In this document: positions 1 to 8,338 of the stretch, piece after piece | Numbering within the stretch: position 1 is the stretch's first letter | Layout of the letters: each line of letters opens with the position of its first letter | Assembly (NCBI GenBank): GCA_025449555.1 | Contig: JANWJD010000030.1 | Location: 1-49,370 of the forward strand | Reading direction: 5' to 3' | DNA: 49,370 nucleotides | Source of the DNA: Chloroflexota bacterium | Lineage (GTDB): Bacteria > Chloroflexota > UBA5177 | Program-made: the position numbers and the translations under genes | Notes under the pieces: model-generated | The model's database searches: none | What the model was told of the DNA's origin: nothing | Seen by the model: the letters and a program-made list of their open reading frames with translations, nothing else

Positions 1-219
1 CCAGGAGGCGGAAAAGTTCAGAACAACCGGCCGGCCGCGTAGCTGCGCGAGCGAAACGGTTCGATTTCCGTCGATGTCTCGCAGTACAAATCCGGCAGCC
101 GGTTTGTGCACCAGAGGTGAGGAGATGGCGTTGGGATCTTGGCGAAAACCGGTCGCCAGCAAGACGAGAAATAGTGCTGCCGTGACGCCAATGGTCAGTG
201 CCCAAAACCTACGTTTCAC
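1..219 (-). CDS. ccmG: CcmG/TlpA-family thiol:disulfide oxidoreductase, N-terminal part (truncated by window edge)
   Basis: Hand translation from a GTG overlapping the ccmF stop (GTGA) gives MKRRFWALTIGVTAALFLVLLATGFRQDPNAISSPLVHKPAAGFVLRDIDGNRTVSLAQLRGRPVVLNFSASW. It has an N-terminal TM anchor and the PVVLNFxASW motif that normally precedes CxxC. Confidence 0.85.
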   Translation of the reverse strand, partial: MKRRFWALTIGVTAALFLVLLATGFRQDPNAISSPLVHKPAAGFVLRDIDGNRTVSLAQLRGRPVVLNFSASW

Positions 220-2336
220 GCCGTTACTTCTTCTGCATGGACTCGCAGCTCGGGGACCACGGCGCTCACGCGCCGGCGCTGGCGCGCTGGAAGAAGCGCG
301 GCTGCGCCACCCAGTCCCAGCAGAAACCCACCTAGCCAGATGAACCCAACCATGGGATTCACCATAACTTGCAGCAGGATGGGGCGCCTGGAATTATGCG
401 TGCTCGCATTTTGCGTGTCGATGCCCTGCAGCACGACGTATAGATCCTCAAATGGATTCCGACCGTGGACGAGTTGGGCCAGATCGGGCAGCGGATTCCG
501 GCCTTGCACTACTCCGGTTACCATATCCCAGGGTTGTTCCAGCACTGCCGGCGTGACCACCGGCTGCTGCACGGTGGCGTAATAGTTCAGCGAGGGAGTC
601 AACCTCCCAAGATCTTGATTGGCCCGTGAGGCGCTGAGGTTCGCCTGCAAGACCATGCGATTCGACTCCCGGCGAGGCTCGAAACCAAGGTAGCGCACAG
701 TGTACCCGCCAACGCTCACCGTCTGGCCGGGCACCAGAGTCGCCGAGGTACGGAGCACGTACGCTTGTGAGGCTGCGATCCCAATCACGGCCAGGATGAC
801 GCCGACATGGGCCAGATATCCGCCGTAGCGGCGAGGATTGGCCCGCACGAGGCGGCGACCGGCCCCGAGCCAGGTCTCGCCGGTATTGCTGCGTCGTGAT
901 CCGACGTCGGCGCCCATGCTTGACACCGTGACCACCAGCACGAATGCTGCGAGTCCGAAGGTCACCAGCGGGCCGATGCCTCGCACTCCAATTGCAAGCA
1001 GGACGAACACCACACCGACGCCTGCGATCACCGGACCGAGCAACCGGTACTGCAGCTCCGAGAGCCGGGCGGCGCCCCAGGGCAAGGCTGGACCGATTCC
1101 CATCAGGAAGAGCAGCGCGAATCCAATTGGCACCGCGATGTGATTGAAGTATGGAGCTCCAACCGAGAGTTGAGAGCCCTGAACCGCCTCCGCCAGGAGC
1201 GGAAAGATTGTACCGAGCAAGATCGTAAAGGTAATGGCAACCAACAACAGGTTATTTACGAGAAAGGCCGTTTCTCGACAAATGGTCGCGTCGAGCGTCC
1301 CGGCCACCCCTAGGTCTCTGCTTCGCGCCACCAGGAGCGCCGCCGAAGCGAGGAGAAAGAAGCCGAAAAAGGCCAGGAAGACTGGTCCAATGGCTGTCTG
1401 CGTGAACGAATGGACCGATTGAAGTACACCGCTGCGAGTCAAAAACGTGCCAAAGATGCTCAGCAACCAGGCGGCCACAATCAACGACATCGTCCAGGTC
1501 TTGAGCATGCGACGGCGCTCCTGCACTTGCAGCGAATGAAGAAAGGCGGTGGTCACCAGCCAGGGCATCACCGATGCGTTTTCGACCGGGTCCCAGCTCC
1601 AATAGCCGCCCCAGCCCAGGACGGCATACGACCACCACATGCCGGCCGTAATGCCGAGCGAGAGGAAGATCCACGGCACCAGAGCCCACCGCCTGATCAG
1701 CCTAAGCACCTCGGGGGAGGTCGAGCCGCAGAGAAGTGAAGCCATAGCGATGGCATACGGGACCGATAGACCGACGTAGCCCAGGTAGAGTAGCGGAGGA
1801 TGAAGACCCATCATGGGATGGTTCTGCAAAAGGGGATTCGGTCCGCAGCCATCTGCCGGGCATCCGGCTGCGGGCGCCGCCGGACTTACGAGTGCAAACG
1901 GATTGCCCGGGAAGGCGATGACGAAGAGAAAGAAGGCCGAGATGAGAAGCAAGACGCCGGTCGCATACGCCTGCAATTCAGCGAAGCGATCTCGCATCAG
2001 CGACAGAAACAGCGCGGTATAGCATGACAACACCAACGCCCAGAAGAGGATCGAGCCTTCGAGTGCCGCCCACAGCGAAATGACAGTGTAATACAGGGGA
2101 GTCGATCGGCTCCCGACGTCGGACACATATTTCACCGAGAAGTCATGGGTAACCAGGGCCAGAATCATGAGCCCGGTCGCAAAAGCCACCACTCCCAGTA
2201 CGAGGAAGGCAGCACGACGGCCCCACAATGCCCAGGTCGGCTGGTTGGCGGGCTGTGCAAGCAGCGAGGCGGCCGCTCCCAGGAGCGCCACTGCCAGACC
2301 GCACAGAATGCTGAGGTGACCGAAAAAGGAAATCAT
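216..2336 (-). CDS. ccmF: Heme lyase CcmF
   Basis: Motifs WAALEGS, NPLLQNH, HPPLLYLGY, WGGYWSWDPVEN and SVHSF; many TM helices; located in a ccm operon. Confidence 0.97.
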   Translation of the reverse strand: MISFFGHLSILCGLAVALLGAAASLLAQPANQPTWALWGRRAAFLVLGVVAFATGLMILALVTHDFSVKYVSDVGSRSTPLYYTVISLWAALEGSILFWALVLSCYTALFLSLMRDRFAELQAYATGVLLLISAFFLFVIAFPGNPFALVSPAAPAAGCPADGCGPNPLLQNHPMMGLHPPLLYLGYVGLSVPYAIAMASLLCGSTSPEVLRLIRRWALVPWIFLSLGITAGMWWSYAVLGWGGYWSWDPVENASVMPWLVTTAFLHSLQVQERRRMLKTWTMSLIVAAWLLSIFGTFLTRSGVLQSVHSFTQTAIGPVFLAFFGFFLLASAALLVARSRDLGVAGTLDATICRETAFLVNNLLLVAITFTILLGTIFPLLAEAVQGSQLSVGAPYFNHIAVPIGFALLFLMGIGPALPWGAARLSELQYRLLGPVIAGVGVVFVLLAIGVRGIGPLVTFGLAAFVLVVTVSSMGADVGSRRSNTGETWLGAGRRLVRANPRRYGGYLAHVGVILAVIGIAASQAYVLRTSATLVPGQTVSVGGYTVRYLGFEPRRESNRMVLQANLSASRANQDLGRLTPSLNYYATVQQPVVTPAVLEQPWDMVTGVVQGRNPLPDLAQLVHGRNPFEDLYVVLQGIDTQNASTHNSRRPILLQVMVNPMVGFIWLGGFLLGLGGAAALLPARQRRRVSAVVPELRVHAEEVTA

Positions 2337-2767
2337 TGGGTTGAGTTGTCGACGTAGGTATCCGGGACGGGGGTTTGCCCCGGTTTCGGAGCTCGATAGG
2401 CGTTCGAGTGCTTCACCATGAGATTGGTGGCACTGAATAATCTTCCGGTATACGTGCCTTCCACCACGACGCCGATGCCGGCCCGAAACATTTGGGGAGG
2501 GAGGTCATGGCTGACGACTTCGACCGACGCCTTTGGATCTTGCAACACAAAGCGCAGGAACCGGATCTTGGGATTCAACTGCACGGAACCCGGTCGAACC
2601 TGTCCACCCAGTCGAAAGCTCTGCCCCGTGATGTTTTGTTTCGTCAGCAATTCACTTGGGGTTATGTAGTACACGAGATTGTTTGAAAGCCCTTGATAGA
2701 TCAAGACGCCGACGACGCCAATGATCAAGGCGCTACCAATGATTAAGGAGCGGGTGGGGTGTCGCAT
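2333..2767 (-). CDS. ccmE: Heme chaperone CcmE
   Basis: N-terminal TM; YYITPSE, RLGGQV, P-x-x-F-x-x-G-x-G-VVVEG and the HxxxY heme-binding motif (KHSNAY). Confidence 0.95.
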   Translation of the reverse strand: MRHPTRSLIIGSALIIGVVGVLIYQGLSNNLVYYITPSELLTKQNITGQSFRLGGQVRPGSVQLNPKIRFLRFVLQDPKASVEVVSHDLPPQMFRAGIGVVVEGTYTGRLFSATNLMVKHSNAYRAPKPGQTPVPDTYVDNSTQ

Positions 2768-2934
2768 ACCGTGCCGTCCTTGTCGACGGCCTGCATCTCA
2801 TGCTCAAGTGACTTCTGCAAAGCCCGTGTGACATCCCGCGCCTGAGCGACACGGCGCGCCAGCAAGACCGCGTACGCCGCCACAGAACCCCAGACCAGGG
2901 TATATGCAATCGCAACGAAGCCCCAGTTAGACAA
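2743..2934 (-). CDS. ccmD: Heme exporter protein CcmD
   Basis: TTG start at 2934 after GGAGG. MSNWGFVAIAYTLVWGSVAAYAVLLARR is a single TM followed by a charged tail; lies between ccmC and ccmE. Confidence 0.8.
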   Translation of the reverse strand: MSNWGFVAIAYTLVWGSVAAYAVLLARRVAQARDVTRALQKSLEHEMQAVDKDGTVCDTPPAP

Positions 2935-3625
2935 CCCGGGCCTCCTCCCAGAGGACTTCATCCCGGCGTTGTTCAAGTTGCGCGAGCTTCAAGCGCTGCC
3001 CCAGCAAGAAGACGAACAGCACGGTGAAGGCGAAGAGATTGACAAACAGCGCGACCTCCATACGCGGATCGAGCGGCGCGTTCCCCAGGTTCGGCTGCAA
3101 GATGGTGGGAGCCTGATGCAGGCTCCTCCACCACAGCACCGACATATGAACGATCGGGATGTCAATAAATCCGATGATTCCTACTATGGCGGACTGTTTC
3201 GCCCGCGAGCGAGGATCTGCCGCCAGAGTACGTAACATCAGATAACCGGCGTAGATGACGAACAGGATGGCGGTCGTGGTCAAGCGCGGATCCCAGGTCC
3301 ACCACACTCCCCACACCGGTTTGGCCCACACTGAACCGACGGCCAGGGTGAGTGCGGTCAACAGTACGCCCAGTTCTGCCGCGGAACCCGCCAGGCGGTC
3401 CCACTTGAGGTCACGCTTCCAGAGGTACAAGACGCTTCCCACCAGTACCAGAAAGTACGCGAGATACGCTGTCCAGATAGTGGGCACGTGCATGTAGAGA
3501 ATCCGCATGGCATCGCCCTGATCGACATCCGGTGGAGACCACACCAGACCAAGGTACGCGCCGATCGCCATCGAGCCGAAAGCGGTCAATCCAAGCAGGC
3601 GTCCCTGCCTTTGTATCCATTCCAT
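2927..3625 (-). CDS. ccmC: Heme exporter / heme-delivery protein CcmC
   Basis: RILYMHVP, WWD motif WGVWWTWDPRLT, and WWRSLHQ; ATG at 3625 follows GGGGAG. Confidence 0.96.
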   Translation of the reverse strand: MEWIQRQGRLLGLTAFGSMAIGAYLGLVWSPPDVDQGDAMRILYMHVPTIWTAYLAYFLVLVGSVLYLWKRDLKWDRLAGSAAELGVLLTALTLAVGSVWAKPVWGVWWTWDPRLTTTAILFVIYAGYLMLRTLAADPRSRAKQSAIVGIIGFIDIPIVHMSVLWWRSLHQAPTILQPNLGNAPLDPRMEVALFVNLFAFTVLFVFLLGQRLKLAQLEQRRDEVLWEEARVV

Positions 3626-3757
3626 TTCCGTGCTCCCCAATCAGTGTATAACCCAACGCCGATGCAGGCGAAGACTCCTTATGTCAAATAGAAATCGCGG
3701 CCGGCGGCCAATGGCGGCGCACACGCAGCTCGCCGAGCACTCGTTCAACATGGCTCC

Positions 3758-4438
3758 TCATGTGCTTACCGCGCTGTCGTACAGCAACAAGCCGGCAGTG
3801 ATGAAGACGATATCAAAGGCGATGAGAACCTCAATCCATAACCCGACATCCTGCCGCTGGCCTGTGAGCACGTACGAGGTGGCCTTGACGGCTCCCAGAA
3901 TCACCGGCACAGTCACCGGAAGCATCAACAGTGGCAACAATACCTCCCTGGCGCGCAGTGCCATCGTCAAGGCGCCATACAGGGCGCCGATGGCTGAGAA
4001 TCCGAGCGTGCCCAGCACCCCGATCAACAAGAGTGCGGGAATCGATCGCCACAGATCGATGTTGAAGAGGATCGCCATGAGAGGGAGAATCACCGCCTCG
4101 ATGAATAGCATGACGGCGGCAGCTCCACACAGTTTGCCCGCGTAAATGGCGCTGCGGTTTTCCGCGATCAGGAGTAACCCCTCGAATGCGTTATTTTCGG
4201 TTTCGAGTTGATACGAACGGCCGAATGCGAGTAGACCGGCAAAGATAAAAGCGAGCCATAGCAAGCCGGCCGCGGCGGTGCGCAAACGCGCCGGATCCGG
4301 GCCGAGCGCAAAGCTGAAAATGAGCAGCACCGTGCCGGCGAAGAAGAGCATGGCATTGAGGTTGACCTTGGTGCGCAGCTCGACCACGACATCTTTGCGG
4401 AATACGGCCCATGCCTGACTAGCCCACGTGGAGTGCAT
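3758..4438 (-). CDS. ccmB: Heme exporter permease CcmB
   Basis: KDVVVELR, ExExxxFEGLLL and REVLLPLLMLPVTVPVI; hydrophobic; start inferred at ATG 4438. Confidence 0.93.
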   Translation of the reverse strand: MHSTWASQAWAVFRKDVVVELRTKVNLNAMLFFAGTVLLIFSFALGPDPARLRTAAAGLLWLAFIFAGLLAFGRSYQLETENNAFEGLLLIAENRSAIYAGKLCGAAAVMLFIEAVILPLMAILFNIDLWRSIPALLLIGVLGTLGFSAIGALYGALTMALRAREVLLPLLMLPVTVPVILGAVKATSYVLTGQRQDVGLWIEVLIAFDIVFITAGLLLYDSAVST

Positions 4439-5114
4439 GCGCCCCCTTGTATCCATGGACGGGACCTGCGTATTGCACGACGCCTCGGTCGAGATAGGCA
4501 ACCAGATCTGCCAGGGCCGTGATGCGCTTCGCGTCGTGCGTCGCGACCACTACCGCGCCACCAGAGCGGGTGACGCCGCGGATCCAGTCGTCGATCATGT
4601 CGGCGCCGTCCGCGTCCAGGCTATTGTATGGCTCATCAAGCAGCAGCAAGCGTGGCTCGAGTACTTGCACGCGAGCGACCGCGAGACGACGTTTCATGCC
4701 GCTCGAGAAGGACCGGACGCGATCATCGGCGTGGGACGCGAGTCGCACCGCTTCAAGCGCGTCTGAAACCTGGCTCTTGGTGGCCTTGCGTCCTGCCATC
4801 GTGAGGGTAAAGTGCAGGTTTTCGGCTGCTGTGAGGTCATCGTAGAGGTACGTCTCGCCGGCGAGCAGTCCGATTTGCACTCCGGCGCGACGCGCACCGT
4901 CCCAACCATCGTGACCGAACACCTCAACCGTACCCGCCGTAGGCGCAATGGCACCGGCCACGATCTTGAGCAGCGTCGTCTTCCCGGAGCCGTTAGCTCC
5001 CAGCAGCGCGAGCGACTGCCCGTGGTCGAGTTGAAGCGTTACCGCTCTGAGCGCAATGGTGCGCCCAAAGAGTTTCGATAATCCTCCGATTTCGAGCGCA
5101 GAGGGGACAGGCAT
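4419..5114 (-). CDS. ccmA: Heme ABC exporter ATP-binding protein CcmA
   Basis: Walker A GANGSGKTT, signature FSSGMKRR, Walker B LLLLDEP; directly upstream of ccmB. Confidence 0.92.
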   Translation of the reverse strand: MPVPSALEIGGLSKLFGRTIALRAVTLQLDHGQSLALLGANGSGKTTLLKIVAGAIAPTAGTVEVFGHDGWDGARRAGVQIGLLAGETYLYDDLTAAENLHFTLTMAGRKATKSQVSDALEAVRLASHADDRVRSFSSGMKRRLAVARVQVLEPRLLLLDEPYNSLDADGADMIDDWIRGVTRSGGAVVVATHDAKRITALADLVAYLDRGVVQYAGPVHGYKGAHALHVG

Positions 5115-5134
5115 GGTCCTCCGGCCAACGGCCG

Positions 5135-5458
5135 TTACTCAACCTTCTCTTCGGCGTCCTCTCCGGCTGAACCGAGCGCCACGATATCCCCGTCGTGGAA
5201 GAGAATAGATTGCAATGCCGCTCTCCACTTGGGCTCCCGGCGAAGCAAAAACTCGAGGTCCATGCCGAAATGTTTGAATTCTTCCTCTTGGGCAGCGGCC
5301 ATGATGTTCCGGGCATCGACATCCGGTTCGACCGACATGCGCTGCTGATACCAATTGATGGCCTCAGCCTCCTCGGTGAGGGATGTAATTATCCGGGCGA
5401 AGGTGCGCGTCTCCTGCGATAACTCGCTCGCCGGCTCGTGGTACTGTTCTGTCGGCAC
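5135..5458 (-). CDS. Encapsulated-ferritin (EncFtn/Flp)-family ferritin-like protein
   Basis: YHEP...SLTEEAEAINWYQQR...EEEFKH...LEFLLR matches the EncFtn two-helix ferroxidase pattern EExEAxxWY / EExxH. GTG start at 5458 follows GAGGAG. Confidence 0.85.
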   Translation of the reverse strand: MPTEQYHEPASELSQETRTFARIITSLTEEAEAINWYQQRMSVEPDVDARNIMAAAQEEEFKHFGMDLEFLLRREPKWRAALQSILFHDGDIVALGSAGEDAEEKVE

Positions 5459-5597
5459 GATAACTTCTCCTCTCGGTCGCGACACTCAACGTGACACCTA
5501 CGCCTGGGCACCCAATTCGGCGCACAAGCAGCGGCCAGAGCGCGAGTGCCGGCTTCGGCGACTGTGTTCTCACCTCTATGCTAAAGCCTGGAGCCGA

Positions 5598-7250
5598 CTA
5601 TGCTTCCCGTTTGAGCATGCCACCGATGGAAGGCAATCGAATCGGGTCCTCGGATTGTGCGATCGCCAGAGCAAGCTTCGGAATCTTGAGAACATCTCGG
5701 TACGCCAGGTAACGACTGCACCAGTTCGGCGCAAACTTATCGTTGAACTGGTAGAGGGATTTCAACTGATAGAACGACGAGAGGTGATCGAACAGGAACC
5801 GTCTGGTTTCATCGATGGCCTTCGAATCTATGTCATTGGCGGCGTTTGAGAGTGTGGCGAAGTTGAGGCTCAAACGGCAACTTCCTCGAGCCATATAAGT
5901 CTCGGCGGCGGCAATCACCAAAAACTCCATCAATCCATTTGGGCTATCAGGACGTCGCCGCATCGAATCGAGCGACCAGGCATTTCCCTGGTAGACCGGT
6001 GCCAGGGAGAGAAACCCGAAGACCGTATCGCCCTGTTGCGCCACGATCAGTTCGCAGTCCTTGTCCGCGGCTCGAGGCAACCGACCGAGCGTCATGGAGA
6101 AGCCGCGTTCACTCCCGCCTTTAGCCCGCACCCACGCCCGGGAAATAGTACGCACCTGGCTCATGATGTGAGGCGGCACCTGGTCTCGCCGGTATGTCAC
6201 GGCGGAAAATCCGAGGTCCGAGACGTGTCGCGCCGCCCGGCGAACCTTTCTCTTGAGCGACGACAGGTTGAATTCAGCCAGATCTATGACCGCTTCCTCT
6301 CCCACTTTGAGTGTCCCCAACCCCAGCGAACGATAGAGGTGAGCGGAGTTTCCAGAGATCCCAAGAAAACACGGCTCGAGGCCGTTGCCGACGGCAAACT
6401 GCATGAACGATGCGATGAGATCACGGTGGCGCTCGGGAGGTCCAACCGGGTCGCCGGCCACCAACGCAACGTTACCCCATACGCGATACGAGACAAACGC
6501 CGTTTTGGCGCTATCAAAAAAGTAACTTCTGCCGTCTTGCAACGAAAAGTATGCGAGCGTGTCCGATGCATACTGCTCAACGAGTTTGCGCGCGCGCGCG
6601 CGCTCCCATGCGGTGGCGCTGTGCTCGGGAATGAACGGCCGCAGCACCCGCAGGACCACGTACAACGCCACGCAGCAAGCGAAACCGGTGATCGAACGCT
6701 CGAACCATCGTGCTTGCGGAGTGAGATAGTGGTAGTACGCCGCGTCACTCAGCAAACGGAGTGGTTCCTGCACGACGTGAACCATGGACGGAGCCGGAGA
6801 GATATAACGCCGCAGAATGACGAAGCCCGCCACGACGTAGGTGACGTAGAGGACCACGATGGCATGTACACGCGAAAAAAGCCGGCCCGGAACGGCCATC
6901 CGGCTGGGCACGCTGAATGTATCACGCCCGCGAGTCAGCAGCCAGGCGAGTGACAGTGCCATAATCGCCTCCTCGAAATCGAGGCCCTTCGTCAGATGGA
7001 ACAGCGCGGAGAGCAAGAGCGCAGCGACCGCAATCTGAAGTGCTCGTTGACGTCGTTTGCGCAATCCATCTGCCACCAACACAAGCGCGAACCCAAGCAG
7101 TACGGTGGCGGATTGAGCACCTCTAATCACAGTAAGAGGAAGAATGTCGGCCAGAATCTCCATACGCGCCGGGACAGCGGGATACAGGGCCGAAACAATG
7201 TTCATAACGCCGGCCAGTGCGGTCAATAAGGCGCCGAGTCGCCTGGTCAC
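5598..7250 (-). CDS. MprF/LysX-type aminoacyl-phosphatidylglycerol synthase (about 6 TM plus DUF2156 synthase domain)
   Basis: HLTKGLDFEEA, GDPVG, KVGEEAVIDL, ERGFSMTLG, LDSMRRRPDSPNGLMEFL and LYQFNDKFAPNW. Start inferred at GTG 7250; the ORF-track start at 7586 looks overextended. Confidence 0.85.
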   Translation of the reverse strand: MTRRLGALLTALAGVMNIVSALYPAVPARMEILADILPLTVIRGAQSATVLLGFALVLVADGLRKRRQRALQIAVAALLLSALFHLTKGLDFEEAIMALSLAWLLTRGRDTFSVPSRMAVPGRLFSRVHAIVVLYVTYVVAGFVILRRYISPAPSMVHVVQEPLRLLSDAAYYHYLTPQARWFERSITGFACCVALYVVLRVLRPFIPEHSATAWERARARKLVEQYASDTLAYFSLQDGRSYFFDSAKTAFVSYRVWGNVALVAGDPVGPPERHRDLIASFMQFAVGNGLEPCFLGISGNSAHLYRSLGLGTLKVGEEAVIDLAEFNLSSLKRKVRRAARHVSDLGFSAVTYRRDQVPPHIMSQVRTISRAWVRAKGGSERGFSMTLGRLPRAADKDCELIVAQQGDTVFGFLSLAPVYQGNAWSLDSMRRRPDSPNGLMEFLVIAAAETYMARGSCRLSLNFATLSNAANDIDSKAIDETRRFLFDHLSSFYQLKSLYQFNDKFAPNWCSRYLAYRDVLKIPKLALAIAQSEDPIRLPSIGGMLKREA

Positions 7251-7491
7251 GTGGCACGCCCCGGAGTGAGATGGGTGGACATTGAATCTCTTTACTTCAA
7301 AAATAGGCAGCCTCGACCGCACGGCCCTGGAGCAGCACATCAAGGAACGTGAGCCGTCGCGATTTACCGGTGCCAGTCTGATCCGGTTTTGCGCTACATA
7401 GAGTATCAGATACCGGTCTACCTGGGGGATAGATGCATTCGAGGCGAATGTCCTGACTTGCACGGGCCTTCTGCCTCTATCACCTTCCCTT

Positions 7492-7514
7492 TCACTGACG
7501 CTATATGTCAGTGA
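7492..7514. promoter_or_regulatory. Inverted repeat, candidate operator
   Basis: TCACTGAC-N7-GTCAGTGA, a perfect 8-bp IR in the divergent intergenic region. Confidence 0.4.
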
Positions 7515-7616
7515 CGGGACATTGCCCGCACCCACATGGAGACTTACGTCTTTCTCCAGCGACGGAAGAATGTACCTATGTGCCATTGACTAAGGCTGGA
7601 GCACCGGAGGAATGCG

Positions 7617-8153
7617 ATGCACATACTTGACATGGACCGAGCGGGCATAGACAGCGGAGTCTTTGCGTTTTCGACCGAGTTTTACACTGAACACTTCGTC
7701 GTGCACGCGAGATTATCGAGTCCGGAGCGGAGACTGTCCGACCACCTCAACGGTTCGGTAGCATCGGTTGACATTCGACCAGTGTCCGCCCTGCAGCTCA
7801 ACACGGGAGTGTCAGCGGAATTGGGCAGAACGCACGCCCAGATTACAAAGGCGCGCATCCTGTTCGTCGTACCGATTTCCGAACCGGATCGTCCCAGCGG
7901 ACAGAGCAATGCGGCGTGGAAAGCAACGTCGAAGTACGGCGCCTGGGCCGGCGTGGGACCCTACAGCATCAGCGGGACCATTCACACCGATGCGGGGCGC
8001 GACCCGCAGATTGCGCTCCGGCTGCTCGACAAGCAATTTCTTCCGTTCACCGCCGTGACGATCACATTCCCCGACGGTGAAAAGAAACACTTCCCGACGA
8101 TCATCGTCAATCGCCAATACCTCGACCTGCTGGCGCTGGAGGCAGGCACGTAG
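7617..8153 (+). CDS. Hypothetical protein, DUF6812-like tandem domain
   Basis: GGAGG RBS; two similar halves (RRLSDHLN...QITKARILFV and GTIH...FLPFTAVTI...IIVNRQYLDLL). The family assignment is from memory only. Confidence 0.65.
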   Translation: MHILDMDRAGIDSGVFAFSTEFYTEHFVVHARLSSPERRLSDHLNGSVASVDIRPVSALQLNTGVSAELGRTHAQITKARILFVVPISEPDRPSGQSNAAWKATSKYGAWAGVGPYSISGTIHTDAGRDPQIALRLLDKQFLPFTAVTITFPDGEKKHFPTIIVNRQYLDLLALEAGT

Positions 8154-8173
8154 GTTATGCCGGCGTCGAGTGC

Positions 8174-8202
8174 TTGACTGAAATGTGGGCTCCGCCTATA
8201 CT
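8174..8202 (+). promoter_or_regulatory. Sigma70-type promoter of the aro/trp operon
   Basis: TTGACT (8174-8179), 17-bp spacer, TATACT (8197-8202). Confidence 0.85.
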
Positions 8203-8232
8203 TCCAATCAAGAAGCAGGAGTTTTCATAGTC

Positions 8233-8295
8233 ATGGCACTCCACGGGTCGGCGTCGGCCGATCGGTATTATTGGTTTTATAGGGGCATAACGTGA
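8233..8295 (+). CDS. Attenuator leader peptide MALHGSASADRYYWFYRGIT
   Basis: AGGAG at 8217-8221, ATG at 8233, five consecutive aromatic codons TAT TAT TGG TTT TAT (8266-8280), TGA at 8293-8295; upstream of aromatic amino acid biosynthesis genes. Confidence 0.9.
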   Translation: MALHGSASADRYYWFYRGIT

Positions 8296-8338
8296 CGGTT
8301 CTATAAGAGGAACCGCCCCTCACGTTATGCCCTTTTTT
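8283..8338 (+). promoter_or_regulatory. Attenuator hairpin 1 (protector/pause or first terminator)
   Basis: GGGCATAACGTGA (8283-8295) is perfectly complementary to TCACGTTATGCCC (8320-8332). Inner stem CGGTTC/GAACCG; followed by T6. Confidence 0.8.

Noticed and set aside
7251-7586. N-terminal extensions from the ORF track (also 10099, 11429, 12304, 23404, 30118, 32950, 44258)
   Set aside because: They overlap neighbouring genes or promoters. Downstream starts with RBS or stop-start coupling fit the family N-termini better.
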